Source: an uncultured Oscillospiraceae bacterium
Lineage (GTDB): Bacteria > Bacillota > Clostridia > Acetivibrionales > DTU013
Direction: 5' to 3'
Assembly: GCA_964512095.1 (NCBI GenBank)
Contig: CAZEIH010000017.1
Span: 267-64,266 of the forward strand
Length of the DNA stretch: 64,000 nt
Numbering within the stretch: position 1 is the stretch's first letter; each line of letters starts with the position of its first letter. The notes under the pieces are model-generated. The model worked only from the letters and a program-made list of their open reading frames with translations. It did not search any database and had not been told where the DNA came from. This document shows positions 40,742-49,526 of the stretch, piece by piece. Both the position numbers and the translations under genes were made by a program.

Positions 40742-41796
40742 CTAATCCTCAAACCCTCTTCTTCATATAAATTTGTAATTGTATTAATAACCTTGTCTAT
40801 TGTATAGCTTGATTTTATTTTTTTTCGATTCCAGTCCGACATTCTATTTCTAACATCTAAATTCTCCAGCATCTGAACTGCTTTAACTATTCCGTCTACA
40901 TCTCCAATATCAACTAAAACGCCTCCCTTATCCTCAATAATGTCAGGTATGGCTCCCACCGGTGTTGCAATAATTGGAAGGCCGCATGCCATAGCTTCTA
41001 AAATAACATTAGGGAAGCCTTCTGTATGGGATGGGAATAATAATATGTCGGAATTTTGCATTTCCTCGAAAACATTTTCTCTGCTCACTTCTCCTAAAAA
41101 AATAACATTGCTAGGGTAATTCATATTCTTATAATCATTGCAGATATAGCCCACCAATTTATAAGTGATATGTGGCATTCGCTTAGCAGCCTCTATGATG
41201 CTGTCACAGCCCTTCGTTTTAATTATGTGGCCAACATAAATAATGCTTTTGATTCCTTTATTACCTTGGTTCCTCGGTCTTGTCTTAATCTGATTAAGAT
41301 CGATGAAGTTGGGAACTACAATACTATCCTTTCCTGTTACAGCCTTAACGTGTTTAGCTGAGGCTTTATTTAGACATAAAATAGCACTACTATAATTGCA
41401 AATTTTCTTAAAAAAGTATCTAGCTACACTCCCTTTTACTTGATAAGAGGTGTCGCAATGGCAATGTATCACTAGTTTCCTAATGTCTCTTGTAATAAAT
41501 GCGGCAAATAACATATCCCGAACTAGACCAAGCCTCGAACAAGATATATTTAAATGAGCAAGGTCAAATTTATTTGTATTAATTGAAGCCTTTAGCTGAG
41601 CAAGAATAGAGAAAAACCTGCCTATCTCGCCAATAATACTTATTTTTGATAGATTTGATGCTCGCTTACCTTTTACAGCTGTATTGACTAGCTTAACATT
41701 GTGATGCTTTGTTATTATGGAATTCAAAAACACTTCTGTCCAAGTAGCTATTCCACCCTTTGGTGGTGGCAAAGGCGAAATTAGAAGTATATTCAT
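40738..41796 (-). CDS. glycosyltransferase family 4 (GT-B)
   Basis: EX7E region SHTEGFPNVILEAMACGLPII, with 4-nt overlaps on both sides. Confidence 0.85.
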   Translation of the reverse strand: MNILLISPLPPPKGGIATWTEVFLNSIITKHHNVKLVNTAVKGKRASNLSKISIIGEIGRFFSILAQLKASINTNKFDLAHLNISCSRLGLVRDMLFAAFITRDIRKLVIHCHCDTSYQVKGSVARYFFKKICNYSSAILCLNKASAKHVKAVTGKDSIVVPNFIDLNQIKTRPRNQGNKGIKSIIYVGHIIKTKGCDSIIEAAKRMPHITYKLVGYICNDYKNMNYPSNVIFLGEVSRENVFEEMQNSDILLFPSHTEGFPNVILEAMACGLPIIATPVGAIPDIIEDKGGVLVDIGDVDGIVKAVQMLENLDVRNRMSDWNRKKIKSSYTIDKVINTITNLYEEEGLRIR

Positions 41797-42920
41797 CTCT
41801 TACTCCATACGGTCATATTCACTATCTTCGCATAGCTTTGTATCAGCTTAACAACCTTCACAGACACGTTGGTATCTGCATAATCCTCTGGCATAACAGT
41901 CTCTTCATTATTCTCAAACATTGCTACGGCAAGCTCTACAGCCTGTTCCACATCATTGCCCTTGATACCGCCTATGACTATTGTACCTTTCTCCAAAACC
42001 TCAGGCCTCTCCGTTGAAGTGCGTATCAGAACACCTGGAAAGCCAAGAATTGCTGATTCCTCCGAAAGCGTACCGCTGTCTGAGAGAACACAGTATGCAT
42101 TCATCTGTAAGTGATTATAGTCAATAAACCCAAAAGGCTTCATGCTCTGAACAAGGGGGTGGAATTGGAAGCCTCGCTGCTCTATAAACCTTTTACTTCT
42201 TGGGTGCATGGAATAAATAATAGGAAGCTGATACTTCTCAGCTATTACGTTTATAGACGCCATTAGTGCTTCAAAATTGTCCTCTAGATCAATGTTTTCC
42301 TCTCTATGTGCAGAAAGCAGCATATATCCCTTTCTACTTAGGCCTAGTCTTTCTAAAATGTCTGCTGACTCAATGGCCTCCCTATAGTTTCTAAGAACCT
42401 CCCTCATTGGCGAACCTGTTACAAAAATATTCTTGCCATCAATACCCTCAGAAAGCAAATATCGTCTGCCATATTCGGTATACGGCATATTTATATCGGA
42501 GATATGATCAACAATTTTTCTGTTAATCATTTCAGATACATTCCAGTCCCAGCACCTATTCCCCGCTTCCATATGAAATATTGGGACTTTAAGTCTCTTG
42601 GCAGATATGGCAGAAAGGGCGGAGTTGGTGTCTCCCAGTAATAAAACAGCATCAGGCTTCACCTTAACAATTATTTCATAGGATTTAGCAATAATATTTC
42701 CCATTGTCTCACCAAGAGTCTTAGCTGCACTATCCATATAAAAATCCGGCGATCTTAACTCAAGATCCTCGAAAAAAACCTGATTTAATGTATAATCCCA
42801 ATTTTGTCCTGTGTGTACCAGTACATGATTAAAATATTTGTCACATGCCTTAATACAGGCCGACAGTCGAATTATTTCAGGCCTGGTGCCAACAATCGTC
42901 ATAAGCTTAAGCTTGTTCAT
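41793..42920 (-). CDS. fnlC: UDP-N-acetylglucosamine 2-epimerase (non-hydrolysing), FnlC/CapG-type
   Basis: TIVGTRPEIIRLS and SDSGTLSEES. Start at ATG 42920 after GGAGG. It is third in an fnlA-fnlB-fnlC arrangement. Confidence 0.85.
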   Translation of the reverse strand: MNKLKLMTIVGTRPEIIRLSACIKACDKYFNHVLVHTGQNWDYTLNQVFFEDLELRSPDFYMDSAAKTLGETMGNIIAKSYEIIVKVKPDAVLLLGDTNSALSAISAKRLKVPIFHMEAGNRCWDWNVSEMINRKIVDHISDINMPYTEYGRRYLLSEGIDGKNIFVTGSPMREVLRNYREAIESADILERLGLSRKGYMLLSAHREENIDLEDNFEALMASINVIAEKYQLPIIYSMHPRSKRFIEQRGFQFHPLVQSMKPFGFIDYNHLQMNAYCVLSDSGTLSEESAILGFPGVLIRTSTERPEVLEKGTIVIGGIKGNDVEQAVELAVAMFENNEETVMPEDYADTNVSVKVVKLIQSYAKIVNMTVWSKR

Positions 42921-42921
42921 T

Positions 42922-44031
42922 TTAGACCTCCAAGTAATATGTATCAGGATTTTGAGGGTCAAAGCATTCGTTTGCCCACATAATAGTAACCATATCGCAG
43001 TCTCCCGTATTTACTATAGAATGAGTATATCCAGTTGGTATATCTACTACCTGTAGCTTATTACCACTCACTCTATATTCGATAATCTCTTCAACGCCTA
43101 CTTTCCTGAATCTAACTACACCCTGACCTATCACTACCAAAAATTTTTCATTTTTTGTGTGATGCCAGTGATTACCTTTTGTGATTCCAGGCTTAGAGAT
43201 ATTTACAGAAACCTGACCTCTATCCGGCGTTCTTATAAACTCTGTAAATGACCCCCTACTATCACAGTTCATTTTTAAATCGTATGCGAATCCATCCTCG
43301 GGAAGAAAACTTAAATATGTACTATATAATTTCTTTACAAGAGGAGAGCTTAAATCAGGTAACGTCAGATTTTTTCTGCACTCCTTGAAGCTTTTAATTA
43401 TGGAAGCCAGCTCTCCTAATTTAGTCTTATAAGTAACAGGAACACAACAATAATCCCCTGTAATCCCCGGACTGCCATTAAGAGCCCTGATAAACTCATC
43501 CATAACATCATCTATATAACAAAGGTTCATCTCTGTTTCTGGATTGTTAATCTGTATGTCCATATCTCTAGCTATATTGTTGCAATATGTTGCTACCACA
43601 GTATTGTAGTTGGGCCTACTCCACTTGCCAAAAACATTGGGAAGCCTATATATCCACACCTTTGCACCTGTCTCATTGCTATACCTAAGCAAAAGGTCTT
43701 CTCCTGCCTTTTTGCTAATTCCATAGGGGTTATTATTCTCGGCTTGTATTGATGATGTAATGAGAATTGGAGCCTTATTAGCATTTCTTTTTAATGATTC
43801 AAGAAGCTCGGAGGTAAAACCGTAGTTGCCCTTCATAAAATCCTCTGGATTTTCAGGCCTGTTTACCCCTGCAAGATGAAAAACAAATTCGCAATCCTTT
43901 GTAAATTCATCTAAAAGCTTTTTGTCCGTACCCAGATCATATTCATATATATCATCATAGCCTTTGTTTCTAAGCTCAACAGCTAAATTCTTGCCTAGAA
44001 ATCCTTTTGCACCAGTTATAAGTATTTTCAT
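42922..44031 (-). CDS. fnlB: FnlB/CapF-type reductase-epimerase (SDR plus C-terminal cupin)
   Basis: ILITGAKGFLGKNL N-terminus and a cupin-like C-terminus (GNHWHHTKNEKF). 369 aa. Confidence 0.85.
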   Translation of the reverse strand: MKILITGAKGFLGKNLAVELRNKGYDDIYEYDLGTDKKLLDEFTKDCEFVFHLAGVNRPENPEDFMKGNYGFTSELLESLKRNANKAPILITSSIQAENNNPYGISKKAGEDLLLRYSNETGAKVWIYRLPNVFGKWSRPNYNTVVATYCNNIARDMDIQINNPETEMNLCYIDDVMDEFIRALNGSPGITGDYCCVPVTYKTKLGELASIIKSFKECRKNLTLPDLSSPLVKKLYSTYLSFLPEDGFAYDLKMNCDSRGSFTEFIRTPDRGQVSVNISKPGITKGNHWHHTKNEKFLVVIGQGVVRFRKVGVEEIIEYRVSGNKLQVVDIPTGYTHSIVNTGDCDMVTIMWANECFDPQNPDTYYLEV

Positions 44032-45049
44032 TTCTGAACCAATCCTCTAATTCATTATTAATAAAGCTCAAGCTCAAGAGTCTTTCCTTTACTTGCTCAA
44101 CGTTTAAAAGCTGGGTATTATTTGAGTTGTACTCATCCTGAGTAGATAGCACCTGGCTACCCACACTAAAGTATTTATCATAGTTCAAATCCCTGTTATC
44201 CGCCGGTATCCGGAAGAATGAGCCCATATCCTTTGCTCTTATATGCTCTTCCCTGGTAAGCAGTGTTTCATATAGCTTTTCTCCATGCCTTGTACCAATG
44301 ATTTTTATTTCATTATCTGCTCTAAACAATTCTTTAACTGCCTTTGCCAAATCACCAATTGTACATGCAGGTGACTTTTGAACCATTATGTCTCCCGCCT
44401 CTGCGTTATTAAAGGCAAAAACAACAAGTTCAACTGCTTCCTTTAGATCCATAAGAAACCTTGTCATGTTTGGATCAGTTACAGTCACCTGTTTCCCGGA
44501 TTTGATCTGCTCAACAAACAGGGGTATGACAGATCCTCTAGAAGCCATTACATTACCGTATCTAGTACCACAAATCAACGTCTTATTCGGCGACACTGTC
44601 CTCGCTTTAGCTACAAAAACCTTTTCCATCATAGCCTTCGAAATGCCCATAGCATTAATGGGGTACGCTGCCTTATCTGTCGAAAGGCAAATAACCTTCT
44701 TAACCCCACATTCTATTGCTGCGGTCAAGATATTATCGGTGCCTATAACATTGGTTCTCACAGCCTCCAGTGGGAAAAACTCGCAAGATGGCACCTGTTT
44801 TAATGCAGCGGCATGAAATATGTAGTCAACTCCATGTATAGCATTCTTGACACTTGATAAGTTGCGCACATCTCCAATATAGAACTTAATCTTTGGATTG
44901 TTATTCTCCTTACGCATATCATCCTGCTTTTTTTCATCCCGTGAAAATATGCGTATTTCCCCTATATCAGTATTCAGAAATCTTCTTAAAACAGCATTAC
45001 CGAAGCTCCCTGTACCACCTGATATTAACAGTGTTTTGTTTTTAAACAT
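43976..45049 (-). CDS. fnlA: FnlA/CapE-type UDP-GlcNAc 4,6-dehydratase/5-epimerase
   Basis: LLISGGTGSFGNAVL and YGNVMASRGSVIP (Polysacc_synt_2). Start at ATG 45049. The 3' end overlaps fnlB by 56 nt. Confidence 0.85.
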   Translation of the reverse strand: MFKNKTLLISGGTGSFGNAVLRRFLNTDIGEIRIFSRDEKKQDDMRKENNNPKIKFYIGDVRNLSSVKNAIHGVDYIFHAAALKQVPSCEFFPLEAVRTNVIGTDNILTAAIECGVKKVICLSTDKAAYPINAMGISKAMMEKVFVAKARTVSPNKTLICGTRYGNVMASRGSVIPLFVEQIKSGKQVTVTDPNMTRFLMDLKEAVELVVFAFNNAEAGDIMVQKSPACTIGDLAKAVKELFRADNEIKIIGTRHGEKLYETLLTREEHIRAKDMGSFFRIPADNRDLNYDKYFSVGSQVLSTQDEYNSNNTQLLNVEQVKERLLSLSFINNELEDWFRNENTYNWCKRISRQEFSC

Positions 45050-45062
45050 CTTAATACCTTCC

Positions 45063-46268
45063 CTATAAATTTGTATAGTGTTTTTCCAGAATTTCAACAG
45101 ACCCTTTGAGACTAAGGTTTTCTTCAATATATTTTCTTCCGCGATTGCCCATTACAGTGAGCTTATCTGATATCGCCATTTCACTTGCTTTTTTGACAAA
45201 CCCCTGAGAATCAGCTGACCAGACCCATTCACCACATCCGGCTTCCACAATCAATTCCTTAATATCAGACACTTTATCAGTTGCAGCCAACACTGGCTTA
45301 CCATATTCCATATATGAAAGGATTCTTGATGGATAATTAGGGATTGTAAATCTTGGGTCAAGTACAATCAACCCAACATTACACTCTTTAGTAATTTCCT
45401 CATATTCATCTCTGGGAAGGTTTTCAATAACAAGAGCATTTTTTATATTGTAATACTTAACTGTTTGTTCTAGCTTGTACCTATCTGTCCCTCTTCCAAC
45501 AAACAAGAAGAAAAGCCCCTCATTATCCTTGCATTTCTCTATCACATTACATAAAAGATGAATACATTGGGGTCTTCCCATGTTGCCTCCAAATAAGAAA
45601 ACACAGGCGTCCTTTGGTATTTTATATTTATCTCTCATAATTGAAGAATTTCCAGGCTTGTATTCAACCAGTTTTTTTGTATTCGGAAATATTTCTACCT
45701 TCGCCGGACTAATCCATGGATTATGTTCTAATATATATTGTCTATTCGCATTAGACATACACCCTATTATATCTGCTACTTTATAGAGAGTTCTCTCCTT
45801 TGTCTTGAAATATCTATAGAATATTCCACCCTTCCTCATAATGCCTAAATCTACAGCATTCTGAGGAAATATGTCCTTTAGCATCAAATATGCAGGACAC
45901 TTAAATAGTCTTTTGGCCCATGCAACCAGTCCTGCATTTGTAACAGGTGGAGCCTCAAACAGTATGAAGTCAAACTGTTTATTCTTAAGGTGTTTCCTTA
46001 TTCCCCATCTCATTAAAATAGGGATTTTCAGTGTAGTAATACCCTTTTCCAGTAGCCCCACATCATAGTAGTTGCCGGTAACTATTCGTAAAACCTCAAA
46101 GCCACGTTCTGTATTCATCGCTGATTCTCTTTTCTTTCTTGTCTGCTCCGAAACGGCTACAATTATCTCATGGCCCGCCTCATGCAATGCTTCAGCTAAA
46201 TCAGTGTAAATTGTGGCTCCCTTTGTTGGCTCTGGAAATGATGTTGCAATATATAATACCTTCAACAC
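45063..46268 (-). CDS. glycosyltransferase family 4, WbuB-like (probable L-FucNAc transferase)
   Basis: GT-B fold, 401 aa. It is directly upstream of fnlABC, as WbuB-type transferases usually are. Confidence 0.7.
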   Translation of the reverse strand: MLKVLYIATSFPEPTKGATIYTDLAEALHEAGHEIIVAVSEQTRKKRESAMNTERGFEVLRIVTGNYYDVGLLEKGITTLKIPILMRWGIRKHLKNKQFDFILFEAPPVTNAGLVAWAKRLFKCPAYLMLKDIFPQNAVDLGIMRKGGIFYRYFKTKERTLYKVADIIGCMSNANRQYILEHNPWISPAKVEIFPNTKKLVEYKPGNSSIMRDKYKIPKDACVFLFGGNMGRPQCIHLLCNVIEKCKDNEGLFFLFVGRGTDRYKLEQTVKYYNIKNALVIENLPRDEYEEITKECNVGLIVLDPRFTIPNYPSRILSYMEYGKPVLAATDKVSDIKELIVEAGCGEWVWSADSQGFVKKASEMAISDKLTVMGNRGRKYIEENLSLKGSVEILEKHYTNL

Positions 46269-46284
46269 TTCTCACCCCATCATG

Positions 46285-46923
46285 CTATACCAGCTGTATA
46301 GATTCCTTTGTACTTGATTTTAATCTGTAATGATACTCATTCATTTCTCGTCCCTCTTTTGTAATATAGGACTTGTTCAATTCAAAGTAGTTTTTAATAT
46401 AAAAAGCATTTACTGAATCATTATTGAGCTTATCTGTTTCAAGCTTTATATAACTGAATCCATTACCATCAACTGACTCTTTTAGTGCATTAATAAGCAA
46501 TGTGCCTATACCCTTGTTTTTTGTTTCGGGGAGCACACCGATAGAGGATAGCTCAATATATGCTTCATCCCTGCTACTATCTTTGGAATATGTAAATGCT
46601 CTTAATATCCTGAACATTACCCTCGGCTTTCTAAAAAATGCTAACACACTGTAAAATGCAAAGGGAAAAAGACTTCTCCTAATTAGGTACCTATAAAAAC
46701 CGCTAATGTCCCTTGAATAGGCCAAAAAGCCTACAAGTCTGCCCTTGTCAAATGCACCTATTACATTTGATTCCTTATGGCTTATATATCCTTTATATAA
46801 ATGCTTTAAAAATCCCCTGCCTAAAAAAGTGAGAAAAAAGCCAGGAAATGTTCTTATATGAATGTCAACAATATCATCTACATATTGGTTTGAGCCTAAA
46901 GCTTCAATTTTCACTACTAACAC
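46285..46923 (-). CDS. GNAT-family N-acetyltransferase
   Basis: Acetyl-CoA motif region PETKNKGIGTLLINAL. 212 aa. Confidence 0.75.
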   Translation of the reverse strand: MLVVKIEALGSNQYVDDIVDIHIRTFPGFFLTFLGRGFLKHLYKGYISHKESNVIGAFDKGRLVGFLAYSRDISGFYRYLIRRSLFPFAFYSVLAFFRKPRVMFRILRAFTYSKDSSRDEAYIELSSIGVLPETKNKGIGTLLINALKESVDGNGFSYIKLETDKLNNDSVNAFYIKNYFELNKSYITKEGREMNEYHYRLKSSTKESIQLV

Positions 46924-47818
46924 TCCTGGTTTTTACTACATCTGTATCTGCATCTGCATCCTTTTTAACTAGTGCATAAACTGTTCTAAGCATAGTCTTG
47001 ATATTACCCATAAATGAAAACCTCTCAATATCACCTAAATTGAACTTCATCTTATCTGGCAACACCAGATTCATATAAACCACATCAACATCAGCAGCAG
47101 CAGTAGCAGTAGCAGTAGCAGCAGCAGTAGCAGTAGCAGTAGCAGTAGCAGTAGTAGTAGCAGTAGCAGCAGCACCAGTAGCATCGCCAGTAGCATCACC
47201 AGTAGCACCAGTAGCACCAGTATCATCAACCTCATAAACCCCATCAAGATTATCAGCTACTTTGAGTATACTTTCCTCATCCTTGTACTCGATACTTGCA
47301 TTTGAGGTAACACCGGCTGGCAGCAGCAGAGTTGCCAGCATTTCATCGGTATACAGCTCTACATATTTGACAACCTCCGGGCGAGTACCTACAAAGCTCA
47401 TATCGCCTTTAATTATATTCAAAAGCTGGGGTATTTCGTCGAGACGATATTTTCTTAAGCTCCTGCCGATTCGGGTAATTCTCACATCGTCACTCCTTGT
47501 GACTTGTGAACCAATTTTCTCAGCATTTTTAACCATTGTTCTAAATTTGAATATAGTAAAATGTCTTCCATATTGGGTTACTCTTGTCTGCTTGAATAGT
47601 ACAGAGCCTTTAGAGTCCAACCTTATGATTATACTTAGTATTAAAAACACCGGCGACAGAAGTATCAGGAAAATAGCAGAGGTGACTATGTCAAATAACC
47701 TCTTAACGAATAAGCTTAGCTTTTTCTTTTCCAATATGTCATAGTACCTTCTGACCTCAGTATTCTTCATGAATTCAGGCAACTTATCCCATTGTCGTAG
47801 CATCACCTTTATCTGCAC
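46904..47818 (-). CDS. PglC/WbaP-C-type monotopic phosphoglycosyl (priming) transferase
   Basis: Bac_transf motifs: a re-entrant helix, FKFRTM and DEIPQLLNIIKGDMSFVGTRP. Carries a ~45-aa (Gly/Asp/Ala/Thr)n insertion. Confidence 0.85.
   Translation of the reverse strand: MQIKVMLRQWDKLPEFMKNTEVRRYYDILEKKKLSLFVKRLFDIVTSAIFLILLSPVFLILSIIIRLDSKGSVLFKQTRVTQYGRHFTIFKFRTMVKNAEKIGSQVTRSDDVRITRIGRSLRKYRLDEIPQLLNIIKGDMSFVGTRPEVVKYVELYTDEMLATLLLPAGVTSNASIEYKDEESILKVADNLDGVYEVDDTGATGATGDATGDATGAAATATTTATATATATAAATATATAAADVDVVYMNLVLPDKMKFNLGDIERFSFMGNIKTMLRTVYALVKKDADADTDVVKTRSVSSEN
47092..47222 (-). repeat. GCT/ACT tri/hexanucleotide coding repeat
   Basis: Minus strand (GCTACT)n, (GCT)n and GGTGMTACT units encode TGATGATGDATGDATGAAATATTTATATATATAAATATATAAA. 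Confidence 0.9.
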
Positions 47819-47841
47819 CTCTCAACTCAATAATTACTAGC

Positions 47842-49053
47842 TCAAAATGCCAAAATTCTTTTAAATGAGCTGCAAACATATTCCACATCATCATCACTGA
47901 GTAATGTATGCAGTGGGAGTGTAATCTCGTTTGCATACTGCTTATAAGCATTCGGATAATCCTTTATATCAAAACCCAGGTTTTTGTAAGCAGTCATCAT
48001 CGGAAGCGGCTTATAATGCACATTACACACGATGCCAGCCTGGGCCATTCTAGTAATAATGCTATTTCTTCTCTGCTCCCCTATCCATGGTAGGTTTGCT
48101 AGGTAAAGATGTCCCGAAGAAGTAAAATTTTCTCCCCTATGCTGCAAACTCACAACCCCTTTGGATAACAATGCTTCATCGTACATCTCTATAACAGCAT
48201 GTCTTCTTTGCATGAGCCCTTCGTATCTACTTAGTTGCATCAAGCCAAATCCCGCCAATATATCAGTCATATTGCACTTGTATGCCGGATATATAATGTC
48301 ATACTCCCATGCTCCTATTTGTGTCTTCGCCAGCGCATCCTTGGACTGCCCGTGAAGGCTCATGAGCATATACTGTTTGTATAACCATTCATCGTCAATC
48401 CCTATATCGCCACGCCAAAGTGCCGCTCCTCCCTCAGCTGTAGTCATGTTTTTTACAGCGTGAAAGGAAAAGCATGTGAAATCTGCAGCCAGACCACAAT
48501 TCACATTGTTTTGTACAGCACCAAAGGCATGTGCGGCATCAGCCATTACAACCACCCTGTCCAATTGCTTCTGAAGGCTATTGTTAGCTCTGAAAATACA
48601 TTTTTTACTCTCTACTGCATCATATATCGCATCATAATCACACATCTTGCCTGCTATATCAACAGGTATAATGACCTTTGTTTTCTCATTTATAGCATCA
48701 GCCAGTCTACTGTAATCCATTTCGAATGAACCCGGTGCAAGATCCACAAAGACTATTTTTGCGCCCACATGATCTATCACTGATGCTGATGCCGAATATG
48801 TATAGGGTGTTGTTATGACCTCATCCCCAGGGCCTATTCCGAGTATGCGTAGGGTGAGCTCCATTGCTGCCGTTGCTGAATTTAGGCAGACTGCTTTATT
48901 TGATCCTACAAACTCCGAAATCCTTTGCTCTAACAATTTAGTCCTAGGCCCGGTTGTAATCCAGCCTGATTTCATAGCCTTTATTACTCCCTCTATTTCT
49001 GCATCTGTTATGTCAGGTGGCGAAAAAGATATGCTCCTTATTTTACTATTCAT
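47842..49053 (-). CDS. DegT/DnrJ/EryC1-family sugar aminotransferase (PglE-like)
   Basis: 403 aa. PLP-lysine region SFHAVKNMTTAEGG and an N-terminal SFSPPDITDAEI. Confidence 0.85.
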   Translation of the reverse strand: MNSKIRSISFSPPDITDAEIEGVIKAMKSGWITTGPRTKLLEQRISEFVGSNKAVCLNSATAAMELTLRILGIGPGDEVITTPYTYSASASVIDHVGAKIVFVDLAPGSFEMDYSRLADAINEKTKVIIPVDIAGKMCDYDAIYDAVESKKCIFRANNSLQKQLDRVVVMADAAHAFGAVQNNVNCGLAADFTCFSFHAVKNMTTAEGGAALWRGDIGIDDEWLYKQYMLMSLHGQSKDALAKTQIGAWEYDIIYPAYKCNMTDILAGFGLMQLSRYEGLMQRRHAVIEMYDEALLSKGVVSLQHRGENFTSSGHLYLANLPWIGEQRRNSIITRMAQAGIVCNVHYKPLPMMTAYKNLGFDIKDYPNAYKQYANEITLPLHTLLSDDDVEYVCSSFKRILAF

Positions 49054-49077
49054 ACTATTCTAAATTTTCTCCTTAAA

Positions 49078-49154
49078 TCAATTCGCTTCGCTTAGGAAAT
49101 AACCATTCATTGCCAATCTATACAGATCAAAATCTTCTGAAGACATAGATAAAA
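49078..49154 (-). repeat. short (internally deleted) copy of the dispersed repeat
   Basis: Both termini are conserved (TCAATTCGCTTCGCTTAGG…TCTTCTGAAGACATAGATAAAA), but the central 12-bp hairpin is missing. Confidence 0.7.
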
Positions 49155-49249
49155 AGCAAAGCTTCGCTATCACATATGTCGTTGCGGGCTTTGGTATCCC
49201 TGCCCAGTGTCCATATGAGTCGGCGCCTTGCTTTTAACATTCTAAACCT

Positions 49250-49272
49250 CCGGCAGGCCGAAACACTGGCGG
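49250..49272 (-). promoter_or_regulatory. hairpin with conserved 9-nt loop (copy 2)
   Basis: Plus strand reads CCGGCAG-GCCGAAACA-CTGGCGG. The loop is identical to that of 59633-59655 while the stem sequence differs. Confidence 0.45.
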
Positions 49273-49526
49273 AAGTCATCGAAATTTGTATGCATAAGTT
49301 CATCTTGATTGGTTAATTATTGCCTCTTATGTCATTTTAATGATTATGGGGTTATTTGTCAATATGCTATTTGCATAACAATTGGTTCAAAATTATTATG
49401 AAGTTTAGTATTTAAGCAGTGACATAGATAAATTTTTTTATGAATGTGCAATAATAGGTATTCCTTTTGTTGGCAATATGTATTACAATATGTATGTGTA
49501 CAAATTTTGTAAACAGGAGTGGTAAA

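Noticed and set aside
49134-49247. 37-aa minus-strand ORF (MLKARRRLIWTLGRDTKARNDICDSEALLFIYVFRRF) behind a GGAGG, and a 19-aa ORF at about 59530-59590
   Set aside because: Both follow the GGAGGT after the conserved-loop hairpins. However, the two peptides are unrelated, one runs into the repeat element, and spacing is poor for the second. They are probably not genes.
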